A DNA stretch of 55,069 nt from Candidatus Kerfeldbacteria bacterium RIFCSPLOWO2_02_FULL_42_19 (GTDB taxonomy: Bacteria; Patescibacteriota; Patescibacteriia; HO2-48-17). Under the pieces are notes generated by a model. It saw only the letters and a list, made by a program, of their open reading frames with translations. It did no database searches and had not been told where the DNA came from. The DNA lies in assembly GCA_001818315.1 (NCBI GenBank), contig MHKF01000012.1, positions 194,080 to 249,148 on the forward strand, in the 5' to 3' direction. Below are positions 18,244-27,813 of this stretch, piece after piece; positions within the stretch are counted from its first letter, which is position 1; each line of letters opens with the position of its first letter. Position numbers and translations under genes: made by a program.

Positions 18244-19137
18244 TCAAATGAAAGCATAGCGCGTCCCTCCGAGTGCCGTGATAATACCTTCACATTCAAG
18301 TTGTGTGAGAGTCGCAAGGAGTTTGTCTTGCGGTAGTCCAGTTTTTTGCATCAGTTCTTCCATACTTTGTTGTGCATCCTTTACAAAACAGGTCAGGAGT
18401 TTCTGTACTTCTGGCTGTTGAGCGAATTGTTTTACTTTCGTTTTGATGATGGTTGCTGTGTGTATTTCAGGGTAGCCAAGTTCAGTGAGTATGTCATTCG
18501 GATGTGTTACAAGAAAAGCCCCGTTTTTGATGAGTGTGTTAGTTCCTGCGCTGAGTGGCGCAAAGATAGTTCCTGGGCATACAAAAACATCTTTGCCGTA
18601 TTCTGCAGCAAGTTTGGCGGTAATAAGCGCTCCACTTTTTATTGAGGCTTCAGTAACGAGGACGCCTTGTGCAAGTCCTGCAATGATGCGGTTTCTCTCC
18701 GGAAAATGTTGAGGATAGCCCGGAGTCCCTGGAGGGTATTCCGAAAGTAGGAGTCCTCCAGATGCAATGATTTTATAAGCAAGCCATATATTGGACGAAG
18801 GCGCAATGCTCGCATCGTCAATTCCTGAACCGAGGACCGCAATTGTTTTGCCTTCATTGTGTAATGTTTCTTTATGTGCCTGTGCATCTGTCCCGAGCGC
18901 CAGACCGCTCACAATAACTATTGTATGAACAAGAAGCGGCGGAATAAAAAGAGATACGAGTTGTTTACCGTATGTCGACATTTTCCGCGAACCTACGAGA
19001 GCAAACATCTTTTGAGATTGTAAGAGTGTGTGATCACCTCGGTAGTACAGTTTTTGTGGAGGATCGTGAATATTTCTCAGTTGCTGAGGATAGATTGAGT
19101 CGTTCGGTGTAATGTATTGGATAGTATTCTGGGTCAT
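18244..19137 (-). CDS. dprA: DNA-processing protein DprA/Smf
   Basis: LVGSRKMSTYGK, GLALGTDAQAH and PERNRIIAGL motifs, plus a C-terminal winged-helix-like tail. Confidence 0.85.
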   Translation of the reverse strand: MTQNTIQYITPNDSIYPQQLRNIHDPPQKLYYRGDHTLLQSQKMFALVGSRKMSTYGKQLVSLFIPPLLVHTIVIVSGLALGTDAQAHKETLHNEGKTIAVLGSGIDDASIAPSSNIWLAYKIIASGGLLLSEYPPGTPGYPQHFPERNRIIAGLAQGVLVTEASIKSGALITAKLAAEYGKDVFVCPGTIFAPLSAGTNTLIKNGAFLVTHPNDILTELGYPEIHTATIIKTKVKQFAQQPEVQKLLTCFVKDAQQSMEELMQKTGLPQDKLLATLTQLECEGIITALGGTRYAFI

Positions 19138-20509
19138 TTTTTGACGTGTTTATTTCCAAAAGAAGGAGGCGTCGGAAAAAGGGAAACCCTACCAATCGGG
19201 TTTTTCGGATACCGAGTTCAATGACAACAAAAATACAGCGGTTGCCCACTGATTTTTTTTGAGAAGTTATTTCCCAAACTTTTGGGGATCAGCTCTTTGA
19301 CGAGCGTGATCTGATCCTCACAAGTTTGGGAGGGAGACGCAAGTGATGCATCTCCCAGCGGATTGAAGGAACAAATTTAGAAATTTAGAGCGAGGCGGTT
19401 GTTGATTGGTGCGTGAAGCATTGAAAGAATGCATTGCCCTTTTCAAGGCTCAAGAAGACTAAGTTCCATGAAAGAAACCTAGAAATCACTTGCAAACAAT
19501 CGCAGCAACACGAGGAGCATACTCCTTCTTCGAAGTAAGGATCAAAGTTACACGTGACATTTCTGTCTTCAAGATCTGACTTGTTTTCTTCTCCTGTGAT
19601 AGAGAAGAAGCAAATTTTGATATAATTTTTACTCTTTATTCAAAGAGAAAAATTTACGTGTGTTTATGACAGGTTACTGCCGTTTTACTCTTACGAGTTC
19701 TTCTGTTTCCCAACAGAAGCCGGGAGCTTCTCTCGAAATCAGTAGATCTCTTGCGAGAGTCAACACAATAGCGTGAGAAGATCAGGAGAACAAGTATCTC
19801 CTCAGTTACGTTCTTTTCTTGCGAGTTTTTGTGGCTTTGGAAAGTCACCAAGAAAAGAAGAGGTATACACCTGCAAACTTTTTGTGACATGTTCCATTGA
19901 GGTTATCTCAGGAATTTTCTCTCAGGGACTGTCCTGAAAGAATTCAGATTTGTACCGGTGAAGGCACCTCTACACGTCACACATGCTTCTTCTCCATTAT
20001 TATCTTTATAAAGTTCTAGATTACTCCAGAACACCCGAAGCAAACTAATCCTGTAAAAGGAATCCCATCTCCTTTTTTGGAAAACTTCTTTCTGATAAAT
20101 CAGTCAGAAGTAACCATACTTTGAAGGCAAGTTTCTTCTTACAAAAAAGTTTTGTGTACGTCTGCGGTTGCAGATAATTTTAGGAGTTCCAATCAACATC
20201 CTTACGCTCCTGCAAGTTCTCTAACAGTGAGTCGTTGATATTCACTTTGCGTTACAGCGCTCACAGGAGCGATGGATGTATTCATTTTCAATGAACCTTT
20301 TTTCAGAGTGATAGTACTCATGATAGCGTCCCTCGAAATACCTGTCAAGATCCTCCATGAGATCGAATTTACATTTCACTTTTTATCTTATTTCAGCAAA
20401 TAAATTGAATTTTTCGATTTTCCTCGCTATGTTGCTGTGGAAAACTTTTGTAATTTTTACCTGTTAAAAATAGCGGGTCTGTGGATAACTTTTTTGGAGA
20501 TGTATCTTC
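19138..20509. other. 1,372-bp ORF-free, hairpin-dense region (candidate large ncRNA or long structured leader of dprA-topA)
   Basis: The only track ORF is an implausible 78-aa reading frame. At least 10 local perfect stems of 5-11 bp lie between 19270 and 19950. There is a promoter-like site on the minus strand at 20348-20320. Confidence 0.35.
20320..20348 (-). promoter_or_regulatory. sigma70-like promoter (TTGACA - 17 nt - TATCAT) pointing into the ORF-free region
   Basis: The minus strand from 20348 to 20320 reads TTGACAggtatttcgagggacgcTATCAT: a perfect -35, a 17-nt spacer and a 5/6 match at -10. Confidence 0.45.
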
Positions 20510-21607
20510 TTAGAGTGCGTTAACGATGTCGATGATGTGTTGAACGTCTTCGTCTCCAAGGCCGGGATAAATAGGAAGAGAGAGAATACTTTGACTCGCT
20601 TCCTCTGCTATTGGAAGAGTGGAATAACGAGTATTTGTCTGGAAGGCGGGAAGCAGGTGGAGCGGCCAGGGGTAATGCACCTGAGTATGAATATCATTTT
20701 CGGCAAGTTTGACTTGCAGAGAATCGCGTTTGCCATCTTTGACACGAATGACATAAAGATGGAAGACATGCTTTGCTTCTGGAGAGCGTGTCGGTTTTAT
20801 GATGAGTGGGTTTGTAATTCCTGCATCATACTGCGCGGCAATATTTTGACGTAAAGATATCCAGTCATCAAGTTTTTGGAGTTTTGTTCTCAGGATCGCA
20901 GCCTGTAATTCATCGAGACGACTATTATAGCCTGGTTTGATATGATAATACTTTTTGGTTTGTCCACCGACTTTTAGAATATTTATTTCGTCCGCGAGTT
21001 TCGCATTGTTGGTCACAATAACGCCGCCATCGCCTATAGCTCCAAGATTTTTAGTCGGGTAAAAACTGAAGCAGCTTATATCTCCAAACGTACCAATTTT
21101 TTGGCTGTTCCAACTCGCCCCGTGTGCTTGGCAGGCATCTTCGATAAGAAAGAGTTGATGTTCCTGAGCGATTTTTGAGATTGCTTCGATGTTCGCTGGT
21201 TGGCCGAAGAGGTGAACAGGCAGAAGTGCTTTTGTTTTTGGGGTAATAGCGGATTCGATCAGGGTTTCGTCGATATTATAGGTATGCAGGTTAATATCAA
21301 CAAAGACTGGTGTAGCGCCTGTTGCCAATACAGGCAGACTTGTAAAGGCTGCAGTTAAAGGCGTAGTTATCACTTCGTCGCCTTGTCCTATACCAAGAGC
21401 TTTGAGAGCTAAAAAAAGCGCGTCTGTGCCATTTCCTACACTCACGCAATGTTTTGTGCCGATGTATTCGGCAAATTCTTTTTCAAAAGCCTGTACTTCT
21501 TTTCCAAGAATATATATGCCGCTTTCCAGCACCCGTTCTATAGCATCGTGGATATTCTCTTTGATGAGCTCGTATTCCTTCTTTGGAAAGGAAGTGTAGA
21601 GGGGCAT
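20510..21607 (-). CDS. DegT/DnrJ/EryC1/StrS-family PLP-dependent sugar aminotransferase
   Basis: Family motifs GNGTDAL, HLFGQPA and SFYPTKNLGAIGDGG. Start moved to ATG 21607 (MPLYTSF...), which removes the 41-nt overlap with the upstream gene. Confidence 0.85.
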   Translation of the reverse strand: MPLYTSFPKKEYELIKENIHDAIERVLESGIYILGKEVQAFEKEFAEYIGTKHCVSVGNGTDALFLALKALGIGQGDEVITTPLTAAFTSLPVLATGATPVFVDINLHTYNIDETLIESAITPKTKALLPVHLFGQPANIEAISKIAQEHQLFLIEDACQAHGASWNSQKIGTFGDISCFSFYPTKNLGAIGDGGVIVTNNAKLADEINILKVGGQTKKYYHIKPGYNSRLDELQAAILRTKLQKLDDWISLRQNIAAQYDAGITNPLIIKPTRSPEAKHVFHLYVIRVKDGKRDSLQVKLAENDIHTQVHYPWPLHLLPAFQTNTRYSTLPIAEEASQSILSLPIYPGLGDEDVQHIIDIVNAL

Positions 21608-21611
21608 ATTT

Positions 21612-22613
21612 TTATGACCAATAATGGGAGCGATGTTTGCGATAGTAGTCAAATGTTTTGGTGAGACCTTCAGTTAATGAAATGTGCGGTTCCCAGCCGA
21701 GTTCGTTTTTTATTTTCGCATAATCTCCATAGAAATCCCCGATATCTATTTTCTTTTTTTCTTCCGGAAAGGGAACGAGTCGGTATTCTCCCTTGGCGTT
21801 GACTTCTATCATGCGTTTTACGAGATCAAGCAGAGAAATCGGTTCCCCACCAAGATTGTATACTTTTCCTTTCGCTTTATCGTCTATGCCGGATAACAAA
21901 AAAGCATCTACAACATCGTCAACGAAATTAATATCGCGAATTTGTTCGCCGGTACCAAAGAGTTGAATAGTTTTTCCTTCAATGAGCAAGCGGATGAACC
22001 AGGGAATAAAACCTTGTTTACTGTGTTTCATGAGTTGTCGTGGACCAAAGGTATTCGTGAGGCGGAGAGCAACCGTATTCATGCCATAGATATCATGATA
22101 GAGTTTGTGATACCATTCTCCAGCTGTTTTATTGATGCCGTTAATATCAGTAGGATTGATGGGATGATCTTCATTGACAGGTAAATATTTTGATCGTCCA
22201 TATATTTGTCTTGTTGAGGCAAAGACGATACGTGCTGCGGGATTATGTTGGTGCGCGGTTTGGAGGAAAGCGAGTTGGCTCACACAGTTGATGGCTAGAT
22301 CGGTTTCGGGGTCGGTCATGCTGTCAATATGACTTACCTGTCCAGCAAGGTTGAAAATGATATCTTTATTTTTTAACAAATAGGGTAAGCCGAATATATC
22401 GCGCATATCAGAAATGTTCACCTGTACTTTTTCTCGAATGGGTTCGATATTAAAAAGATTGCCGCCATAGGTATCGATCATAGAATCAAGCACCATCACA
22501 TGAGCTCCAAGATCGACGAGTTTTATAGCGAGATTACTGCCAATAAAACCGAGACCGCCGGTGATGAGTATGTTTTTCCCGCGGTATTTTTGGTATTGAT
22601 TTTCGTAATTCAT
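21612..22613 (-). CDS. extended SDR (NAD-dependent sugar epimerase/dehydratase family)
   Basis: N-terminal ILITGGLGFIGSNL Rossmann motif, and LRLTNTFGPRQ late in the protein. The expected YxxxK site reads NGINK (see findings). Confidence 0.8.
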   Translation of the reverse strand: MNYENQYQKYRGKNILITGGLGFIGSNLAIKLVDLGAHVMVLDSMIDTYGGNLFNIEPIREKVQVNISDMRDIFGLPYLLKNKDIIFNLAGQVSHIDSMTDPETDLAINCVSQLAFLQTAHQHNPAARIVFASTRQIYGRSKYLPVNEDHPINPTDINGINKTAGEWYHKLYHDIYGMNTVALRLTNTFGPRQLMKHSKQGFIPWFIRLLIEGKTIQLFGTGEQIRDINFVDDVVDAFLLSGIDDKAKGKVYNLGGEPISLLDLVKRMIEVNAKGEYRLVPFPEEKKKIDIGDFYGDYAKIKNELGWEPHISLTEGLTKTFDYYRKHRSHYWS

Positions 22614-22674
22614 ATTGCTCTTATTCTAACATTTCAGATTTTTCTCTGTCAATTTTTTCGTCCGGCATTTTTAT

Positions 22675-23847
22675 TTATTTTTCAGCGATTTTTTCTATTT
22701 TTTCCGCCATGCTTTCGATAGTGTAGTGAGTTCTGAAAAGTTCTTTCGCGGATTGTTTCATGTGCGGTAAGAGATTCTCTTTTGTGAGCGCCGTGGTTAT
22801 GGCGTTGGCGAGATCAACTGGAGTGTTCTGTGTAGTTATACCTGCGTGCATCGCATCGAGATAAGGCATTTCTGCTTGTGGAACAGTAATGACCGGTACG
22901 CCGAAGCTTAATGCTCGCACGGCGGCAAGGGATGTTTCTTCATAGAAATCGGGTGCGAATACAAACAAATCAGCCACTTGATAAGCGACGGCATTCTCTG
23001 CGCCGTACAACGGTCCAGTTTCGATAATGTTGTCACGAAGATGGCAGCGATCGATGCACTTCCTCATTGTTGGTTGATAGCCATCGTCCCTGCCGACGAT
23101 AATGAGTTTGGTCTGGTGCTTGAGTGCCAATGGGAGTTTGTTGAGAGCGTACATTATAGTGTCTATGCCCTTAAGCTTATGAATCCTGCCTACAAAGAGA
23201 AGGAGTTTTGTTGTTTTTTCAATGTGGTATTTTTGGCAAAAGGCGTTTATAGTATCCTCGGAAATTATCTCGATCGTTTTTTGCGCAGCGAGCGGTATGA
23301 TGTGAATGCGCTCTTTTTTTCCACCCATGGTTTGATAATCCTGTACCTCATGTTGCGTTTGCGCAAGTAGGGCTTTTGCTTGTTGTACGAGTTTTCTCCC
23401 TATCAACACATCAAACAGGACTTTGAGCAGATATTTACTATCTTTCGGTTTTTGAATTTGTCCAAAGGCGGAAAGGCAGTATGGCTTTTGAAATTTTTTC
23501 AAGAATGGAAATATTTTTGCGTTCAGAGCATGACGCAAATCAGAAAGATAGATAAAGTCCGCCCACGAAACGTGGTTGATCAGCGTTGTTGTGTTCAGCC
23601 CTCTTGGAAGAATAATTTTTGTTTTCCATGCAAGCATGTTACTTATCGTTCGGTAGCGGAATATTTCTCGGTTTCCTTCTGTCTCATGGAGTTGCTCTAC
23701 GCGTTTTTTTTTATCGAGTACATCCGTGGTGATGATACGTACGGTATGATGTTTGGCAAGTTCTTTGGAGAGTTCACTCACGATTCTCGGTGGGCCACCG
23801 TAGCCCCACGCTGGTTCAAAATAGGGAATGCTGATCAGAATTTTCAT
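22675..23847 (-). CDS. glycosyltransferase, GT4 (GT-B) family
   Basis: N-terminal GGPPRIV pattern and C-terminal EETSLAAVRALSFGVPVI, an E-x7-E-like motif. Confidence 0.75.
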   Translation of the reverse strand: MKILISIPYFEPAWGYGGPPRIVSELSKELAKHHTVRIITTDVLDKKKRVEQLHETEGNREIFRYRTISNMLAWKTKIILPRGLNTTTLINHVSWADFIYLSDLRHALNAKIFPFLKKFQKPYCLSAFGQIQKPKDSKYLLKVLFDVLIGRKLVQQAKALLAQTQHEVQDYQTMGGKKERIHIIPLAAQKTIEIISEDTINAFCQKYHIEKTTKLLLFVGRIHKLKGIDTIMYALNKLPLALKHQTKLIIVGRDDGYQPTMRKCIDRCHLRDNIIETGPLYGAENAVAYQVADLFVFAPDFYEETSLAAVRALSFGVPVITVPQAEMPYLDAMHAGITTQNTPVDLANAITTALTKENLLPHMKQSAKELFRTHYTIESMAEKIEKIAEK

Positions 23848-24617
23848 CGTTTTATAATTGAGTAAAGTGCGATTACGAGCCCGGCATGTAATTTATGGAG
23901 AAAGTGTAACAAGGGGTTTTGGGTGTATTTTTGAGCAACCAACGTTTCTTCTTGGAACTGTTTGTGGAATTGTGTGGAACTTTTACTTGTCCTATGAATG
24001 CGAAAACGAGCTAGCGTCACTGACAGAAAGCCGGGGGCATACTTTTTTCCCAGGCGCAGCCAGTATTCATAATCCATCACTAAATGTTGGGATTCATCGA
24101 ACCATCCCACTTCGTTCATGGCACTTCTCCGCCAAAAACAGGCTGGTTGGCAGATGTAATCCGTAATAAGGAGCGTCCACAGACGATAGTGACTCATGAG
24201 GATGTTCTTGTAAAAAGTGATAGGTTTTTGGATTTCTTCTCCTTTTTCATTGATGATTTTGCATTTTCCGTAGGCCCATTGTTTTCCGGGATTTTCTATA
24301 AAAAATTGATGAATCTTTTGCAGTGCCCCGGGTTCATAGACATCATCGGCATTGAGAAATCCTAGGATATCTCCTGTAGCCATCTTGAGACCTTTATTGA
24401 TCGCATTGGTTTGTCCGTTATCAGGTTCGGAAAGATAGCGAATGTGTGGATATCGCTCCGCGAGTTCTTTAATACTATTGAGTGTTGTATCCGATGATTG
24501 TCCGTCCACAATAATATGCTCTACTTCAAGATTTCCGATATTGTCTGCGATGGACAGAATCGTTGCACGAATGAATTGTTCCTGATTGCGGCAGGGAGTG
24601 ATGATGGAAATTTTCAT
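23844..24617 (-). CDS. glycosyltransferase, GT2 family
   Basis: MKISIITPCRNQEQFI...IIVDGQSSDTT...NADD is the classic GT2 N-terminal layout. Start set to ATG 24617. Confidence 0.8.
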   Translation of the reverse strand: MKISIITPCRNQEQFIRATILSIADNIGNLEVEHIIVDGQSSDTTLNSIKELAERYPHIRYLSEPDNGQTNAINKGLKMATGDILGFLNADDVYEPGALQKIHQFFIENPGKQWAYGKCKIINEKGEEIQKPITFYKNILMSHYRLWTLLITDYICQPACFWRRSAMNEVGWFDESQHLVMDYEYWLRLGKKYAPGFLSVTLARFRIHRTSKSSTQFHKQFQEETLVAQKYTQNPLLHFLHKLHAGLVIALYSIIKR

Positions 24618-24631
24618 GGTCGGTAGTGAGT

Positions 24632-25582
24632 CTATGGAAAACGTGCCACAATACTTTTTTCGTTGCTGGTATACCAAGCGATGGTGGCACGAATGCCCTG
24701 TTCCAAGGAGTGTTGTGCTTTCCATCCGAGAGCGTGTATCTTGCTGACGTCGAGGAGTTTTTGTGGTGTCCCGTCGAGTTTTTGGCTATCGTAAGTTATG
24801 TTTCCTTGGAAGTCGATGCAATTTTTTATGAGCATTGCCAATTCTGCAATTGTGAGGTCCATCCCCGTGCCGATATTTATTATTTCGGGCTCATTATAGT
24901 GTTCCATGAGAAAGAGTACAGCATCAGCAAGATCATCCACGTAGAGAAATTCGCGGCGTGGTTTTCCTGTACCCCACAACACGACTGAAGATGCGTTGCG
25001 TTTTTTTGCTTCATAGAATTTTCGGATAAGTGCCGGTAAGACGTGTGAGTTCTTCAGATCGAAATTGTCGTTGATTCCAAAGAGATTGGTCGGCATAACA
25101 GCAATACCGTTGAGACCGTATTCTTTATGCAGTGCCTGCATGAGTTTTATGCCGGCAATTTTCGCTATAGCGTAGGGTTCGTTAGTCGGTTCGAGGAGGC
25201 CTGTCAGCAGATATTCTTCTTTCAAAGGTTGCGGTGCGAGTTTAGGATAGATGCAGCTACTTCCCAAAAAAAGCAATTTGCGAACGCCGTGTTGATATGC
25301 GCTCCAGAGAACATTATTTTGAATCTTCAGATTTTCATAGAGAAATTCGGCTGGATACGTATTATTGGCGTTAATACCTCCAACCTTTGCGGCTGCCAAA
25401 AAAACATATTCCGGTTTATTGACAGTAAAAAATTGCTTTACTGCTTGTTCATTTGTTAAGTCCAGTTCTTCTTTGGAACGAACAAGAATGTTCGTAAATC
25501 CTTCTTTTTGTAACCGACGTACGATCGCAGATCCAACAAGACCTTGGTGTCCCGCAACAAAGATTTTTGCCGTTTTTTCCAT
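24632..25582 (-). CDS. fcl: GDP-L-fucose synthase (GDP-4-keto-6-deoxymannose 3,5-epimerase/4-reductase)
   Basis: IFVAGHQGLVGSAI, LGSSCIYPK and NEPYAIAKIAG motifs. It lies adjacent to gmd. Confidence 0.88.
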   Translation of the reverse strand: MEKTAKIFVAGHQGLVGSAIVRRLQKEGFTNILVRSKEELDLTNEQAVKQFFTVNKPEYVFLAAAKVGGINANNTYPAEFLYENLKIQNNVLWSAYQHGVRKLLFLGSSCIYPKLAPQPLKEEYLLTGLLEPTNEPYAIAKIAGIKLMQALHKEYGLNGIAVMPTNLFGINDNFDLKNSHVLPALIRKFYEAKKRNASSVVLWGTGKPRREFLYVDDLADAVLFLMEHYNEPEIINIGTGMDLTIAELAMLIKNCIDFQGNITYDSQKLDGTPQKLLDVSKIHALGWKAQHSLEQGIRATIAWYTSNEKSIVARFP

Positions 25583-25601
25583 GCAATCTTATGTGACGAT
25601 A

Positions 25602-26729
25602 TTATGTAGTTATGAATTTTTTTTGCAATCTTTTTTCAAACTTCTCATGCTGATCTTCAATTGCTTCAATGGCTTCGAACGCGTCATCTTTCGTTTTTTT
25701 GGAAGCGAAGTGCTTATAATCTGCTTCGGTCATGATTTTGATAAGTTCTTTGAATTTTACTCGCGGTTCCCAACCGAAATCTTTTTTAGCTTTTGAGTAA
25801 TCGCCGATGAGTAAGTCCACTTCTGTTGGTCGATAATAGCGTGCATCAATATTGATAATTTCTTTGCCGGATGTACTATCAATGCCTTTTTCTTCGAGAC
25901 CCTCGCCTGTCCATTGTATGTTGATACCAAGATGCTTGGCCGCTTCGATAATAAATTCTCGTACCGTATGAGTTTCGTTGGTGGCAATCACATAATCATC
26001 TGCTTTTTCTTGCTGCATCATCATCCACATAGCTGTTACATAATCAGGGGCATATCCCCAATCGCGTTTGGCATCGAGGTTCCCGAGGTACAGTTTTTCG
26101 TCGATGCCGAGTTTTATTTTAGCGAGGCTGCGAGTGATTTTGCGAGTGACGAATGTTTCCCCGCGGCGGGGTGATTCGTGATTGAAGAGGATGCCGTTCC
26201 AGGCGCGCATGTTGTAGGCTTCACGATAGTTTTTCGTTATCCAATATCCGAAGACTTTTGCTACACCATAGGGAGAACGAGGGTAGAACGGTGTATTTTC
26301 CTTTTGGGGCATTGTTTGCACTTTGCCGAACATCTCTGACGATGATGCTTGATAGACACGTATGTCAGGATTTGTTTCTTTCACTGCGTCGAGGACTTTC
26401 AGTGTGCCGAGTGCATCCACCATAGCGGTGTATTCTGGAATATCAAAGCTGACACGCACATGGCTTTGGGCACCGAGATTGTAAACTTCCTCAGGTTTGA
26501 TTTTTTGGATGATTTTCGTGAGGTTGGTGCCATCGGTGAGATCACTGTAATGCAAAAACATTCGTGCATTATTGATGTGAGGATCCGTGTATAAATGATC
26601 AATACGTCCAGTATTAAAGGTACTAGCACGACGAATTGTTCCATGTACCTCATATCCTTTAGAGAGGAGAAGTTCGGCAAGATAGGATCCATCTTGTCCA
26701 GTTATGCCAATGATAAGTGCTTTTTTCAT
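25602..26729 (-). CDS. gmd: GDP-mannose 4,6-dehydratase
   Basis: [42 protein letters not shown] and [10 protein letters not shown] are hallmark Gmd motifs. Confidence 0.93.
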   Translation of the reverse strand: MKKALIIGITGQDGSYLAELLLSKGYEVHGTIRRASTFNTGRIDHLYTDPHINNARMFLHYSDLTDGTNLTKIIQKIKPEEVYNLGAQSHVRVSFDIPEYTAMVDALGTLKVLDAVKETNPDIRVYQASSSEMFGKVQTMPQKENTPFYPRSPYGVAKVFGYWITKNYREAYNMRAWNGILFNHESPRRGETFVTRKITRSLAKIKLGIDEKLYLGNLDAKRDWGYAPDYVTAMWMMMQQEKADDYVIATNETHTVREFIIEAAKHLGINIQWTGEGLEEKGIDSTSGKEIINIDARYYRPTEVDLLIGDYSKAKKDFGWEPRVKFKELIKIMTEADYKHFASKKTKDDAFEAIEAIEDQHEKFEKRLQKKFITT

Positions 26730-27073
26730 AAATGTTTTACTTTAATGCTTGAAAGTTCGGATAGAGCCTTCTGTCGTACTTTATTTTCCAATCTTTTCTC
26801 CAGTCGAGTAATGAGGAGATAATTATGAAAAGAAAGGGATAGTACCATTACAAAGGCACCAATAGCGAAGAGATCGAATGCCCGGGCTATGCCGAGACGT
26901 TCAGTGATGACATTAAAACGATCGGGAAGTATCGTAACGATAATAAAACCGAACCAGAGGATTTCCCAGATAACGAATTGATAGCGATTGAACTCATGGC
27001 GTTTATAGTGAAGAAAACTGAGATATACCATAATGAGTCCGAAGATGCTCGCAATGATTTGTATACTTGTCAT
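26726..27073 (-). CDS. DUF2304-like small membrane protein
   Basis: About 115 aa with 3-4 TM helices, an LGIARAFDL motif and a C-terminal coiled tail, next to a GT2 gene. This is the usual DUF2304 context. ATG 27073 gives an ATGA overlap with the upstream stop; the alternative start is 27085. Confidence 0.6.
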   Translation of the reverse strand: MTSIQIIASIFGLIMVYLSFLHYKRHEFNRYQFVIWEILWFGFIIVTILPDRFNVITERLGIARAFDLFAIGAFVMVLSLSFHNYLLITRLEKRLENKVRQKALSELSSIKVKHL

Positions 27074-27732
27074 AGAAATTTCCACTTGAGAATTTGAACG
27101 AGGATTTTCATACCATCAATGGCGGTCGTTCCTTTGTATTCATCCAGGTAAATAGTGTCGATATCTATTTCGGCGAATTTCAATTTATTTTCTCCCATAC
27201 GAATGATCATTTCGGTTTCCACTTCATAACCGCTGCTTTTCCAACGCAGCATTTCATATGCTTCACTTGTGAAAGCGCGAAATCCAGATTGGGTGTCTCT
27301 TACAAAGACGCGGAAAAGTTTTTGAATAGTTTTGGAAAGAAGGCGATTTCCGAGCAACATTATGACGGGCATGTTGCTATTAAACTGTCTGGTGCCAAAA
27401 ACAACATGCACGTTTTTTTCCTCCAGAGTGCGAATAAAATGGGGAATATTTTCTGGCTTGTGTTGGCCATCGGCATCCATACATACCATGATGTCTGCGC
27501 CAAGTTTCCTTGCTGCATCACAGCCGGTTTTCAAGGCTGCGCCTTTGCCGAGATTCACTTCATGCCGTAAGCCAATCACCTTTGTGTCCGTCTGGAGAGC
27601 TTTTTCTAGGGTATCGTCCGTGGATCCATCGTCAACAACGATAATGCTGTCAGTATGAGGCAGTGTGCTTTTTATGACTTTTTCAATATTTTTCGCTTCG
27701 TTGTGGGCAGGAATAATAACGGTTACGGACAT
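27070..27732 (-). CDS. GT2 glycosyltransferase, polyprenyl-phosphate sugar synthase-like (DPM1/GtrB-like)
   Basis: VTVIIPAHNEAKNIEKV...IVVDDGSTDDT...MDADGQH...DTQSGFRAF motif series. Start set to ATG 27732. Confidence 0.8.
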   Translation of the reverse strand: MSVTVIIPAHNEAKNIEKVIKSTLPHTDSIIVVDDGSTDDTLEKALQTDTKVIGLRHEVNLGKGAALKTGCDAARKLGADIMVCMDADGQHKPENIPHFIRTLEEKNVHVVFGTRQFNSNMPVIMLLGNRLLSKTIQKLFRVFVRDTQSGFRAFTSEAYEMLRWKSSGYEVETEMIIRMGENKLKFAEIDIDTIYLDEYKGTTAIDGMKILVQILKWKFL

Positions 27733-27813
27733 ATTTTCTCTTGGATTACCCGTATTATGGAATAATAGAAGCATTTTTTTGCACTTTCGTCAAACGAAAT
27801 TTATACGTAAACG

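Noticed and set aside
19654-19890. 78-aa minus-strand ORF, the only track ORF in the 1.37-kb gap
   Set aside because: It has no SD and an implausible composition (MSQKVCRCIPLL...). It runs across several of the perfect hairpins and covers only 17% of the gap.
19138-20509. oriC hypothesis for the large non-coding gap (DnaA boxes at 20436 and 20480, AT-rich stretch at about 20380-20425, parAB 6 kb away)
   Set aside because: There are only two boxes, both at one edge. Genes on both sides are on the minus strand, so there is no divergent, replication-co-oriented layout. No dnaA or dnaN gene is nearby. It cannot be excluded without whole-contig GC skew.
19138-20509. Known housekeeping RNAs (tmRNA, RNase P RNA, SRP RNA, rRNA fragments, group II intron) in the gap
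   Set aside because: I looked for the tRNA-like GGTTCGAATCC end of tmRNA, the GAGGAAAGTCC P4 motif of RNase P (only GGAAAGTC is present at 19839-19846), 16S/23S universal motifs, and a GTGYG 5' end with domain V. None is present.
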